DNA of 64,000 nt from Anthoceros angustus (Eukaryota; Plantae; Anthocerotophyta), in assembly GCA_010909165.1 (NCBI GenBank), contig MU008179.1, positions 186,001 through 250,000 on the forward strand. The letters are read 5' to 3'. Below, one piece after another: positions 25,301 through 38,999 of this stretch. The position numbers and the translations under genes are program-made. Under the pieces are notes generated by a model, which did no database searches, was not told where the DNA came from, and worked only from the letters and a program-made list of their open reading frames with translations. Within the stretch, counting starts at the first letter, position 1. Each line of letters opens with the position of its first letter.

Positions 25301-26710
25301 GCTCGGAGGGCACCAAAAGGAGGAAGGGGAATCGCCTCCCAAACTTCACAGGTGGTGAGGGGTTCGCTCAGGCGTATGGAGTCAGGAATCCTCGATCGTC
25401 CTCCTCCAGTCGCTTGGTCTTGAAGGGCGACCCCCACCTCAGGCGCCCTTGCACGCTCTGCCAGCGGGGCCTCCTCCGGCGCCGCTCAAGCTCTCCCTCC
25501 TTGAGGAGCTCGAAATGTCCCCATACATGAATCGGTATGGGGTCACGATGGCGAGGCTTCTCGCTCCTTAGCTTGCCTCTGGCCGGGCAGGCGAAGATAA
25601 TCCTTCCCGGTCGCTCTCTTCCCATTGGGCGCATGCGAGCCAGCGAGGTTATCACCAAGGTGATCCACCTTGGTGGCGAGTTCAATGGACAATGATCCGG
25701 CTACCGCCTCGTATCCGGCGGATCGGATATCAACCATCCGTTGGTTGTCATTGCGTTCGAGCCTCGGCATCGCGGCGGCGGCCCTATCTTCCTTCGCCTT
25801 AAGGGGCTCACCGCGCCCCTTCTTCCTCCTTGAGGCGGTTGTAGGCCATCCTCGGGACCTCAAGGTCCATCGCCTCGAGTCCTCCGGAGGTTCTTGGATC
25901 GGACCTCCTTGTTGATCGCCCGGCATCTTGGGCAAACTCCGGACTAGAGTAGCGTTGTCAAAGGTCCGAGACCATTTGGAACACGTCCGGATGCCACTCT
26001 GCACCAATTCCCCACACTTCCTCCGGCCGGTCCGGATAGCGGGTCACAATATTGCGCTCCACGGTCCATGGCTCCCAGTCGGCTTTTGGGTGCCATTGCT
26101 TCTCCTCCTCTTGTTCTGTAGGCTGCGGCGTCGGCAGCACGATGTTCCTCCTTGCGCGTTATTGCTCCAACCTGATGCGCACGCTCTAAAGCGTGGCGCC
26201 CAAAAAGCGCGGAGAGCCGGATTGCGCAAGGGCGAGGCTGCTGGGCTGCCGGCCCCTCCGCTTGTGGAAGGCTTCTGGGCGGAAGGCGCCTCGTTGTCAG
26301 CGCGAAGTGCATGGCGTACTCGACCCTCGCTTCGCTTACTGCAGCCTTACGCCGCCCGCGCGGGCGTGAATACTGCCTGCGGCCTGGCAAGGTTACGGTC
26401 TGGCCTCTGCATGCCCGACCTCCACTCGGGGCCGTCCACGTGGCGCCGCCTCGTCATCCTCACGCCTCGCTCCTAGGTTACTTTCCTGGCGTACTTATCC
26501 TATTTTGACTGGGTGGGTTCGGACTTATCCCTTACTCCGTAGTGGGAGCTTGCCATAGTGATGCAGGGTCCGTTGTTCCTCGAGTCGGAGTATACTCCGG
26601 AGCCTCGTCCGGGCCTTTAATTTATTCCTCCTTTTCCGCCCCTTCATCCATCCAAAAAAAAGCGAAACCCTGCTTATTTCCTAACTCCCGAGGAAGTGCA
26701 CAGCCTGGCA
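21956..26710 (-). repeat. Gypsy 5' LTR (~4.75 kb including a ~330-bp internal duplication); a partial extra copy of its U5 end lies at 20930-21321
   Basis: Adjacent to the PBS; colinear with 10868-15306. Confidence 0.88.
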
Positions 26711-27500
26711 CGGTGCCGGCGCCATGACCCATGAGGCCGGCCGTGTGCCACCACGAGGCGGCTGGCACCATCCATCCGGACTTCGGATCACCCGGTGGCG
26801 GGCGCATGGCGAAGATGTACCTCATTGGCGCATTTGGGCGGCGCGGATAACACCGGACGCCACGCGGGTCGGCCTCCGGCGGATCTTGCGTGGTCGAGGA
26901 ACTACTATCGAGAATGTGCTACAGGCGGGAACCTTTGGGCAAGACTACGATGTGGAGAGTGTTGCGAGTCTCGGACTTTGGTGAGAAGATCCAGACATTG
27001 TTGATTTTGGGCTTGGCTTGGAAACAATATCGCACGGGTGATGGCGGAGTTGCAAGTACCGAGTCGTCAAGAGCTAATGTGGTCCGTGGTCCCGGATCTT
27101 TGTTTGGTGATTGTGATGCCATCCGTTGGAGTTGCCTGAGATGATGCCTCGCGCACATCCGAAGCCAGAAGGTGAGGATTTGCGTGCAACGAGCTGCCGT
27201 TGCCAGCGTAAAGTACCTCCGGCGAGCTAGAATGGATTTGGTCTTAGAGAAGCATTGTTCAGGGGCCAAGTTGTGCCCGATTTAAAGCGGCATTGTTGTG
27301 ACAAAAATGTTTAGAGCGTGTTGGCCATTCAAATTGAAGGTGATTCGTAGCATTCTTCCGCATGACAAAAGGAGGCGAAGCAGCGCAAGACCATCGGATC
27401 GATCGAAGGCGAAGAGTTGTTGCCATAGTATGGATAAACCGGATTCCACATGGGAAGAAAGCGGTGTGTGTGAGGGCTTCACGGGTTTTCGCATTGGGTC
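26711..27500 (+). pseudogene. N-terminal fragment of the same transposase (start at ~10655-10867 before the gypsy insertion)
   Basis: Colinear with 37095-37860. Confidence 0.7.
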
Positions 27501-30500
27501 ACATGGATGAGGTTGAGTTTTTGGCCTTGTCCACCCACACGAACATTTGTTTCAATGTCAATTCTCGGCCCGGGACTTTCATGCATCTTGTCTTCAAGTT
27601 GTTGTTCCAGTGTATTCGATGCCGAAACACTTCCATACCCTCAGGTATACTAAGCTCCTTTGTGTCAATGACCAAGTTTGCTCTAACCCTTGTTGTCTTC
27701 CTTGAATTCTGCGGGCCTTATTTGTTTGGTAGAGCCAGCTTCCACACCTTTCGAACAGCTGTTTCTCCCACTTCTCAAAGATTTCATCCACGTACTTCCA
27801 CCTCATCATCAACCTTCGCACAATAATCCGGTCCGGTTGTCCACGAGGCGGTGATAGTGACCTTAGGTCCATGCTTGCATCCCACTTAGGAACCACCTTG
27901 CCCGGCCGGGCATATATCTCAACTTCGGTCTAAGTCACACTTGACCCCACTAGCGGCCTTCATCTCGATTCGATGTACCTCACACGGTCGATGAAGTAAA
28001 AGTCTTCACGGCATCCGCAATGGTGTTGTGATCGGTGGCAACTAACCTCATCTCCTCATTTGTGAGGCCGGCAAGAACATATGCATCCATCCACTGCTCT
28101 TGAACCAATGGATACAAGTCGGCTAGTCTAGATCGCTGGAAGGAATGATTCCCTCAATACATAAAATTTGTACACCCCGATCCACCTTATCCATGTCAAA
28201 GAAGTTCTTGTTGGGACCGGGCGGGTCTACAATGACAATCATGGGCAGCACACCACCACGTGGAATGCTTCATCTTTTGCATCAAAGCCTCCACCCAAGC
28301 GGTCTAGCTTACGTACCTTGCCAAGCCCGATAGTTCTTACGAGGTCTGGCTGATGGACAGCTTTAACGTGGACTCCCATACTCTCTTTCCCGCAATTGCC
28401 TCTCTCTCCATCTCTCCTCGCCCTCGTCTAGCATCGTCATCCGTGGCTCTGACCTCCTTGGCCTTCTCTATGAACTTTGGGAGCTCTTGGCCCCTCTCGG
28501 ACATCATGTGCCATTCGTTGCTTGCGCACTTGTTGACCTTCCCACCCGCCGTCCTCCACGCGATTGCCGGCCTCTCAATCCCTTCCCTCTTTTTCCTCGA
28601 TTGTCTACCGCAAGCGGTGGCTTGAACCCTTGAGTGCCATGGAGGCAAATCCCGGTCCGTTGCATCCACCATCGTCATCTTCCACGTCTTCGTCGTCGGG
28701 CTGGATATGATCCACCGGCCTGGGCCATCGGCGAAAATGCCATCGCCAAACCCCTCATTGTCACGGTCCCCACCGCATCCTCATCTTCGTCTTCGTCGGC
28801 TAGAGGTTAGGGTGACATCATCGCGTGACCATGGGCTAGGAAAAACCCGCGGCGGGTGTGGGCGGACTGTTGCTTGGACTCGAGCACCGGACGTCCGTGG
28901 CAACCCCTCTTACCGAGCTTTCATTTCGCAAACTAGTTCTTTGAAAGCGTGTCCATGAATTATATTTTGTGCCACCACCTTTTGTTGCGGTTTCACGCGG
29001 ATCATGCATATCGATGGCGGTTGCCAGCGACACAGCGGATGGATTTACTGATCCCATTAGGGCACTAGGAGTTGCCATTTGATTTCCACTCGGCGCGAGA
29101 TGCCATGCTAGGGGCCTTCTACGCAAGTATGCCCTTTCGATGTAAGCAATGCATCATCCACACCTTCTAAACATTCTTTGGTGCAAAGCCTTGTGGAAGA
29201 CACGATGTCCATCACCCATGCCTCAAAAGTTCTTGCCTTTTCCTGGTTGTACGCCACAATGTCAAAGTTCTTCACCGCAAATTGTATACTCTAATCCATT
29301 GCGGGTCCGACGAAGAGGCTCCTTGTGCTTGAGCGGATCGAATATAGCGTACACTGCTCATCCCTTGTTGCGTGAAAACAAGCCTCCCGCACATTTCTTT
29401 TTGGGGTGTGGTTCATCCTCCTCCATCGACACATACAAGAAGAGCAAGTCTTGATTGGGTCGTTGTTGCCTTATCCAACTTCTCTTTGTAATGTCAAATG
29501 GCGAGATCATCTTGTACATCCGGTGGATCAAGTCAATATCGGACCGCTTGTAAGGACTACGGAAAGATGCCTTGTGTGAGGATGCTCTTGTGGAAAGACC
29601 GCATCGGTGGCGCGATTTGAGTTGTCCTTGGAGTCGGTGGAGTGCAGGCTCGTCGCCTCGTTCAAGGCACGTGAGTGCTCCCTTCCGTCGCGCCTTTTTT
29701 CTCCACCGGGCGTCTGCGATTTGTTGGAGTCATTCTTCGCTTGCCTTGGAGGCCATTACATGCAACTATGAAAGAAGTGAGATCACGAAGTGTTTAGATT
29801 GTTAAAAGCGATACGCATGAGCTGCAACTTCTCGAACACGGGACGATCTGTGCAAGCGGGAGTTGAAGTTGATGCTCACGGCCGACTGCTGCACCCTCGA
29901 GAACAACACAATTGCTGCTGATGAGGAGGTCGACGGTGTCTGTTATCTGCGGTGCCGGCTGTGATGGACAAAGTGCGGGTGAGTGTGAGCGACCCGTTTT
30001 CGATCCGCGGCAATCTCTTCCACACACATAAGCTAGATGGAAATACATCTTCCGCGAGAATGAATCTACACCATCCGAGAAAGGGAAGGTGGTGTGCCTT
30101 CATGAAGGAAGACACGGGGCAAGGCGCTCTGTAATCAAGCAACTCCTTAAATGCTTTATGCGGCCGTGTTTTGCCATTGTCGGCTAATGGGGCAAATGTA
30201 ATAGCATATTCTAAGGTATATACTAGTTATGCGGCTAAAATAGTGTTCGGGTGGCATAACGATGGGCACCTAGGTGATTCATCATCCACCGACTAGCGGT
30301 ATACGAGCGTTTCCTACCGCAAAGTGGGCACCTCGACTTCATTGCCGGCATTTAGTAAGGCTCTTTTGACGGCCTTAATTGTATCGAGTCTTGCGCATCC
30401 CTTCTCATCCACCTTGCGCATCTCCTCCTCCTCCCGGTGGGCGTCGCGCCTCGCCAGAAACAGCAAGGGACGGCGTGTTTGATTTGCAAATTCGGGCGGT

Positions 30501-30533
30501 AGATTGGGATGCATGTCATTACCGGGTGGCCAT
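27497..30533 (-). pseudogene. Third, 3'-truncated copy of the cargo gene (ParB-like domain at ~28005-28385, no MTase domain)
   Basis: Colinear with 7482-10572. Its right part is repeated again at 39000-41013. Confidence 0.6.
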
Positions 30534-30698
30534 GAGTCGGCGACTCAATTGTTGATCTCGGGGATGCACAACCCCGTCGTAGTTTTAGAGGATGATTCAT
30601 AGGCTATGGCGGCCAGCGTCGTGAAGCGGTCCTTGAAGAGACCGGTGGCGGACTTCTGGTGGAGGCGATGACGATGTCGTGTTCGGATATGGAGGGCG

Positions 30699-33600
30699 TA
30701 ACAAATGTAAGGTTGATGTAGATCAATTACCATTTAGTAATTACATATTTCATTGAGTATCAAGAAAGAACTTAAGTGCTTATCTTGAAAGACACTATCT
30801 AAAACTTAAAAGACATAAGCATTGGTAAGGGTGCGTAACCCTATTGAAGGTACTTCTAATATATTTATTTCAGCTACCCTTATAATAGCATATATAATTA
30901 ATGATGACCTAATTCGGATATACATCCTTTAACACTCCCACTTGGTGATCATATCGAAAGTGAATTGTCTTGCGCCTTGTCCTCCTGTGAACCTTGCAAC
31001 TCCGCTATGGACTATGATTGCCTTGCATCCGGTGCTCTCGCTGGCGTCCTCATTCGGTACTTAATGGGCGTGCTCTTGAAAAGCCGATTGCGACCGGTCG
31101 CTATCTCTCCTCGCCTTGTTTCTGCATGCTAGCCACGAGTGCACAGAGTAAGGCGAGAAAGATGTCGTCTTCTTCGAGGAGAAGATGGTTCAGCCATGTG
31201 AGAGCAGTAGGGAAGGTTCGCGACTAGGGCGGCCTAGGACAAGCACCTCGTGCTCAACTAGAAGAGGTGGGGGTTGTCGGTGCCGAGGCAGCTCAACCCG
31301 CGGAGAGACCCGGTGGCGGAGGAGCGACAAGGCCGCCCTTGCGGCAAGCGAGCGTGAGGGCTATGGGAGCCCCTCAACACCCTAGGCTGCTGCGCCCGCG
31401 TCCTCGGCTGTTCAAGTTAGCGAGAAACCAAAGGAGGCTCACGGCGGACTTCTAGCACCGATCTTGGACTGTTGCTATGGGGCTGTGGCTGATGCTGATC
31501 TTCCTCTCGGTTCCCTAAGGAGCATTGGAAGGATACCAAAATAATTGGCCTTGGCACCTTGTTGAAACCTAATTCGCGGCGTAGTGCAGTGCACCATGTC
31601 TTGTGTGGTGATGAAGCGCATCAAAGTGCGTGAGGCGAGTTTAGGACATGTTGTTAGCATTTACCGTGAGTGCTCTTCTTTTGGTTGCCCTTTTGATTTG
31701 CTTACTCACGCCTTCCTAATTGACTTGCCTTGTGCGGGTTACGTACAAGCTTGAGGAGGGATGTTCCTTGACTACATGTCATCTCCTTCTTCATCCGGGC
31801 ACGTGTTGGTCCGATTTCCTCGCAGCCGACATGACTCGACAACCCTAAGGAGGTGTCGAAACTTCAAGATAGTGGACTACGGCTATTAGGTTGTAGTGGG
31901 TGGGCGGTTTTCATTTTGCGGCTTAAGTGATTGAATTGCAGCTAGGAAAGCGATGACTCTCTAGCCCAAGACCCTTAACGTGCTTCTCGTGTAGCTCACG
32001 TCCAGTTTAGTAAGAACATCGCGGATTGTCTTGTGTTGGTATGTATTGCAATCCGATTGTTCTCGCAACAAGCTCTCGAATATAGTGGTACTCAACTAGC
32101 GTGTTTTGTCCTAGAGTGGAACACGGATTCTTAGCAGTGCTATTGAGCCTTGGTTGTCGGTGTGGATGGATGCGGTAGGGAGTTCGATCCTAGCTCGAGC
32201 AAGAGCTTGCACCATACAACCTCTTTTGCTGCGATGGCACCGATATTCCCTGTCTTTGGATAGAGCAGTTGGTGCTTTTCTGGACCAACAGATAGGACCA
32301 CCACTACACACCACGTATCCTGGCGGTTTTACGTGTCTACATCACCGGAGTCCGAGTCATAAACTTCTAGGTCTAAGGGTTCCCATCTCATGTGAGTACT
32401 GATACCTCATTGGCGGTTCCCTTAAGATACCTAAAGACTCGCAACACAACTCCAATGTTCTGTCGATTTTCAAGATATTGTGACGCTTGTTGCATAAGCT
32501 ACTTCGGCCTTGTAGTGTTTGCGGCATATGAGCTTTCCAACGCTTGTAGTCGTTAGCCATCGATCCTTCTCACTTTGTATGGTAGGTGACATGCTCTTCG
32601 AGCTTGATCCGATGGGAAGAGGTGGGCTACCTTAACATCCTTTTAAGCGCTCGGCCTTTGTCAAGTAAGTATCTAGGTGTTAGAGTGATAACCTTAGAAA
32701 GCTGTTTCTTTGAATGTGGATTCAAGGCAACTCAAGCGGGCCTAAATTTGACATCTTAAATTTTGTAGCCAAAAGATCCGTTATCTTGTCAATATAGGGT
32801 ATTCTTTGGAAGTATCAAGTCGTCACGTGTGACTAAGTAACATGTGACATCTCCACTTATATATATATATAGGCGCCATCGACTTTGCTTTTGGTGAATC
32901 CAAGAGCTAGCGATTCGATATCGACTCAACATTCCACTTCAAATGATTGCTTAAGTCCATACAGACATTTTATTAGCTTACAGGCATAGTCTTCTTTGCC
33001 CTTAACCTCGTGAGGAGGTTCTGCATATAAATTTGGGTGTCGTTCCCATTCGAGCGTCTTTACATCGAACATCTGCAGTAATCCTTGTATCTTGTGAGGG
33101 CACAAATGGTGCGAAGGGTTGCAAGCTTGACAAGCTGGAGCAAAGGTCTCGAGTAATCAAGTCCTGGAACTTGGGAGAATCCTCTTGCAACAAGTCGGGC
33201 CTTGTACATCGAAGTCTAACCTTTAGCTTAAATACCCATTTACAAGACACCATTTTTACGCACGGTGGGAGTTTAGCTAACTCCCATGTGCCGTTTTCTA
33301 TAAGGAATCATCAGTCATTGTTTTCATCATCGGTGAGTCTTAATCATGGATCGGTGATTAGGTTGAGGAGGTTGCTGCTCGAAACAACAATGTCGGCGTT
33401 TGCGGGTTCTATCCTACATCATGTTGCGGTTCGTCCCCCTGAGGAGGAACCTCCTCAAGAGTGAAGTCTTCAAAGCGGACGGACGAGGAAGTGAGATCAT
33501 CAGGCGGATCCTCCTCATTTGGGAGTAACTCCCTTTGGTTGCGAACCGTCCTTCGCCGAAGGTAACTGCGTGAATAGATGACTTGAGCACGAGAAACATC

Positions 33601-36600
33601 ATACGGTTTATATGCCTTGGACTGAGTCTTCCCTCAGCAGTGATGGTTGCGCTTTATTCGATGGTAGGCAGAGATGTCATAAGGGCTTGACCCGTGGGAA
33701 AAGCGATTTGGCATGTAGCAGAGGAAGCCATCTCTGCGAGTTAGGTTCAAGCGTTACGCTACACCGTTTCTTTGCGGTGTAAACCACTTTAAGTTGCACA
33801 ATTCCCTCTGGCATGCAATAGGCTTGAAACTCATGTGATGTGTATTCACCGCCATTGTCGATCGGAGTATCTTATTTCATCCATCTCTCTCGCATACCTC
33901 AAGTAGTCTTTGAAATAAGAGAAGCATTCACTTTTAGCTTTGAGGATGTAAGCAATGACAAATCGGTTTTTGTAAATGCAGAATGTGAAATAACGACCAC
34001 CTCAAGTGAGGGGCTGTGAAGAGGCCCACATATGTCGTGTACCATTTCAAGAATCTCGAGCTCGATGTGGAGTTCATTCTTGAAGGCTGCTGGTGGCGCT
34101 TAGAAAGCACAGGCCTCACACAAAGGTAATGGTGATAATGGCCCAATTTTTCCATCATGGTAAAGGTCACTAGTGGCTAGCCGTAGCTTGGCAGCATGGG
34201 GTGACCTAGGCGTGAATGCCATAATTTAGCCTTCTCAACTTGTTTTGCGAGCGTCAAGTGAGAAGCTAGATGGGTTTGGGCTACACCAAGATTTGTGTGT
34301 GCAAGCAGATCTTGGTCGATGATCCGTGGCTAGGATTTTTCGATGATCATATGCATCGATAATCCGACACTTTATGGGGTAAAGAGGATATGGCTATTAT
34401 TATCCATGTTTAGCTTCCTAACGAGATAAGATTTCTAGTCATTTCGGGGGCGTAATATACTTCTATAAGAGATAGTATGACACGAAGGACTGGAATCTTC
34501 ACGTACTATTCCGGGAGACACAAGTGACCTATCATCACCTGTAAAGCACGTCCTTTAAGCGGTTTGTATGTAAGGCATTTCTATCGAAGCGGATGTCTTG
34601 TTGTTGCACAGATCTAGGTACCATTCATGAAATGGCTTACCATGGATGTTTGTTGACAAGCTGGGGTTAGCAAGGATGTACAAAATCCACGGTCCCTGAT
34701 CGGGCAGGAGAAGCTTGTTTCTTCACAACAACGTGTGTCTCGGAAGTGAATTGCCCTCCTTTAGGTATTCGGCTGCTTCTTCGACACTCGTTTTCCCAAT
34801 GACCGGAACTTGGCACCGGTGGCATTTTCCGTCTTCTTGGGTTTCTTACGTGAAGATGCTCATGTGAGCTACTTGCATTTGAGGTATTCTATTTACCTGA
34901 AGTTGGGCTTTCCCCTTTGTTTGTTTGTAGTGTACGATTGCATCTTGCTTGCCAGATTGTTCCCTTGTAGCTTCCTCACGGAGAGCTCCACTAGTTCGAA
35001 AAGTTGTTTGAGGAAGAGTAACACCTTAGCAATTTTCGGCCTTGGTGATGCGAGCGTTGTAAGAAGTCACAAAGTGTGACCAAGAGTGGGAGCGACATCA
35101 TGAGGTACATTGTGAGCAAATCATCCTTAAGACTTTCCTGTGAAGCACTTTCAAGTTTAGAAACCGTGTTCTAAAGAATCCGATGTGTTTCTCAATTGTA
35201 TCCCCATCTCTCATTCTGCGATTCGAACATTGCGAGGCATCATTTTAGTGGTATTGGTGCTGCAAGTCCTGGCTTTGGTCCATATATGCGATGTTTTGCA
35301 TCAGGATGTCTCATCATGTCGAGAGGTAAGCCCACTCGGATCGGATACATTGACTTAGTCATAAGTCCACCTTCGACTCTTCTTCTCAATAGCGGGGTGT
35401 AGAAAGAGGGGTCGATGTGAACTTGTCCTCCCATGGCAAATTTCCATAGCTTTTTATTTTGCGTGCTCACGCATCCGCATGACCCGGATGTCATAATCAT
35501 TCCTCCAAACTGTCCTTTTCTTTGAAACCATCTCCACCGAGGTTAGAGGTGGGATCGTATGTTTCTAGGGCATTGTCCCTCCCTAGGAATTATGACCATT
35601 AGCTAATGCTAAAATGCTTTGACCACCTATCATGCGTCGAGCGAGCTTTGCAAAGGAACACCTAAAATGCTTGTTACATCAAAGGTGAGGCGCCATGCGG
35701 TGAATCCTCTGAGAGGATTAGTAGGGTTAGCAGTCTGTCATTATGAAGCATTGCATGCATGCACGATTCAGTGATTCTATTGTTCGCTCTCCCACCTATT
35801 GTAAGCATAGGTAGAACACGAAGGGCATGAGTTTGGACAATCAATTTAAGACCTTTGCTAGTTTTGCTACGCGCATGCGATTACTCTGGGCTGGATCGTC
35901 GATGGTTTAGGCTTTAGCAATGTTAGCGACTTAAAATCAATGTGCAAAATGCTCTTTCAAATCCGGGGCGTCAACACCACGGAAGAAATTCTGGTTAGTA
36001 TTACTATATCTTCTATCCACGCTCCTTTGGTGTGCTTGATCCTCTCGGTTAGATCACTAACAACATTGTGTGGAGTTGTATGTGTAGTAATAAAACCTGC
36101 AGTTGCGTTGCACGAAACACGTCGAACGGATTTTGGGAAGATTGTTGGGATTCACGGGAGGCGGAGTCGAGAAGATTCCTCTCGTTGCGGTAGAGAGTCT
36201 CTATTATTGTGTTGAAGGATTCCCTTAGTTCAATGGATTGCATGTGGTCATCTTGATTGCGAGCTATCCATTGACAAGTTGCATGATGGAGTCGCTCGGC
36301 AATTGAAGCCCTAGTACGCACCTGATTAGCGGTAGATTTGTTCTCCTCACGGCTACCCATCTAGGGACATCGATGTCTGCGCAATTCCCCGATTGGGAGC
36401 CTCCAAGTTGTTGGCCATTCATTTGGCCTTGTTACGTATTGTTAGAGTGCATTTTATGCATTCTAGATTTTGTAGTAAATTTTCTATAAGCTGCTGCGGT
36501 CATTGTCCTAGGGTATTTCCATCATCTTCGGAAAGATCTCGTGATGCGCTAGAACTACTACCTCGATCTGCTAATTTCTATAGAAAACAGCGGGAAAACA

Positions 36601-36986
36601 ATACAAAACATTTTCTTGATGTATATATTGTGTTCTTGATTTAATTAGTATTTCTAATCAAGAAACAACAAAAACATATACAAAATGCACATTTCAGATG
36701 ATTTTATGTGCATCCCTAGGATGCAACCTACATCGAAATGCTCGATACCATAACAAATGTAAGGTTGATGTAGATCAATTACCATTTAGTAATTACATAT
36801 TTCATTGAGTATCAAGAAAGAACTTAAGTGCTTATCTTTGAAAAGACACTATCTAAAACTTAAAAGACATAAGCTGGTAAGGTCGTAACCCTATTGAGCA
36901 GGTACTTCTAATATATTTATTTCAGCTACCCTTATAATAGCATATATAGTGTCTTGACCTAATTCAGATATCAACACTATCCTTTA
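30699..36986 (-). mobile_element. Full-length Ty1/copia element (family A)
   Basis: ~235-bp LTRs at 30699-30931 and 36751-36986, PBS tRNA-iMet-like TGGTATC(A)GAGC at 36740-36750, PPT at ~30935-30943, TSD GGGCG/GAGCG. Motifs KKLWKF, GHWENEC, WYLD, LWHSRLGH, DNGGEY, SCKWVFK, LYGLKQS, DNQGSIAL. Confidence 0.92.
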
Positions 36987-38999
36987 GAGCGGAGGATATG
37001 GTTGCCGATGGCGACCTTTTACATGCGATCCAGATGCGATGCGGGCGGAGAGGATCGCAAGAAGAACTCGTGCGAGCGTTTAACCGGATGTCCGGTGCTC
37101 GACGCGAGCAGCGGCGAGGCGGCCGTGTGCCACCACGAGGCGGCACAGAACATCCATCCGGACTTCTTGATCGATGGGCGCATCGCGAATGTACCTCGGC
37201 GCATTTGGGCGGCCGGATAACACCGGGCGCCCGGCGACAAGGTCGGCCCTCCGGCGGATCTTTGTGGGCGGGTCGAATACTATCGAGAATGTGCTAGCGG
37301 GAACCGGGCAAGACTACGATGTGGAGAGTGTTGCGAGTCTCGGACTTTGGTGAGAAGATCCACATTGTTGATTTTGGGCTTGGCTTGGAAACAATATCGC
37401 CTTGGTGATGGCGGAGTTACCGACTTGGGAGTCGTCAAGAGCTAATGTGGTCCGTGGTCCCGGATCTTTGTTTGGTGATTGTGATGCCATCCAGTTGGAG
37501 TTGCACGAGATGATGCCTCGCGCACATCCGCCAAAAAGGGTGAACGAGCTGCTGCAGCGTTGCCAAGCGTACCTCCGGCGAGCTAGAATGGATTTGGTCT
37601 TAGAGAAGCATTGTTCGGGCCAAGTTGTGCGCCGATTTAAAGCGGCATTGTTGTGACAAAAATGTTTAGGCGTGTTGGCCATTCAAATTGAAGGTGATTC
37701 GTAGCATTCTTCCGCATGACAAAAGGAGAGCAGGGCGCATTTGCAAGACCATGGATCGATCGAAGGCGAAGAGGAGTTGTTGCCCATAGTATGGATAAAC
37801 CGGATTCCACATGGGAAGAAAGCAGTGTGTGAGGGCTTTTGGGTTTTACGCATTGGGTCACTAAGATACAAGAATGCAAACCAGGTAGTGAAAAATGTTA
37901 GATGGACCGTAGGCTACGGTCTCATAAAGCAAAACGCCATATGGATTACGTCATGTGGATGGGCGTTTTCTTCAAATGCGGAAAGGCGCGGGAAGTCTTC
38001 AACTTGCGACTCGTACGAGATCTTCATTGAGTATGCCGAGCAGCGAAACGGTCGATGTGCTCCCGTTTATTCTGACTACTTTTGCAAGCTTTGGATGAAG
38101 TATTTCCGGTTTAAAATACCAGTGCAACGGTTTTCGATCTGTCGGTGCGATGACCTAAAGAGGAAAATAAAAGACGCGGTCGGACCACGTACAAGGTGAG
38201 ATGGCGGTCCTTATTCCAGTGTCACCGGATGTCCCGAACTTTGGCGCAACCCATGGCCTCATACCCTTTTCTTGCGAATGAAGGCGGGGCTTGAAACAAA
38301 CCGTGTGCACATTCTTGGCCTATTGTTGCGTGTGCAGACAAGAATGTGGGAGACTCCGAGAACAACAACGAAGGAGGCGAAAATGCGCGGCACCGGCACA
38401 AGTGCTTGGGCGGCTAAGTTCATTGGTATTGCCATAGATGGTATGGACCAAAAAAGCGAGTTGCCCCATTCAGATTGCCAAACGGTTGATTCGGAGCCCT
38501 TGTCGGGCTTCACGTTCTAGGTGTCTTGGTGTTCAACTACTTGGTGCGCACAGTGTATTTGAGTTTCGAATGTGAGAAATGATCCGAAGCTGGCCGTGAT
38601 TCACATGTTATCAATACCGGAGGGCCGCTCCCCTATTCTATACTTGCGGATGGACAACACTGCTCAAAACAAGAATCGAGGTATTGGCATATCATCCATG
38701 CTTGTGGCGAAAGGTATCTTCAAAAATCAAGGTGGGGTTTCTTCTTGTTGGCCATACGATCATTGACCAAATGTTTTCGAGGTTCTCGGTTGTGCTAGGG
38801 TTGAAGGATGCTTTCACATTGCCGAAATGATAGGGTTCTTTGGGCGGGCGTACACCCCATCACCATGATTCACATCTTGAAGGAGGTGCGGACTTCAAGA
38901 CCTATCTATGGCCGAAGGGGATCGTCGCAACGTATGACTTGCATAATCACGATTTTCAACACCGGTTCAAAATAACAAGGAGAAGGCGCTATCGGGGAG
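36987..38999 (+). pseudogene. Sola-like transposase, 3'-truncated copy (N-terminus at ~30606-30698)
   Basis: IDGMDQK and MDNTAQNKN motifs (ORFs 38272-38520, 38572-38766); truncated at the tandem-duplication junction. Confidence 0.75.

Larger units (their letters stand above)
10868..26710 (-). mobile_element. Full-length non-chromovirus Ty3/gypsy LTR retrotransposon with very long LTRs
   Basis: TG...CA ends and TSD CCGGT/(C)CGGT; the empty site is visible at 37085-37100. PBS TGGCGCCGCTGC(C)GGGA at 20911-20926 and 21935-21952, PPT at 15307-15318, domain order PR-RT-RH-IN. Confidence 0.92.
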
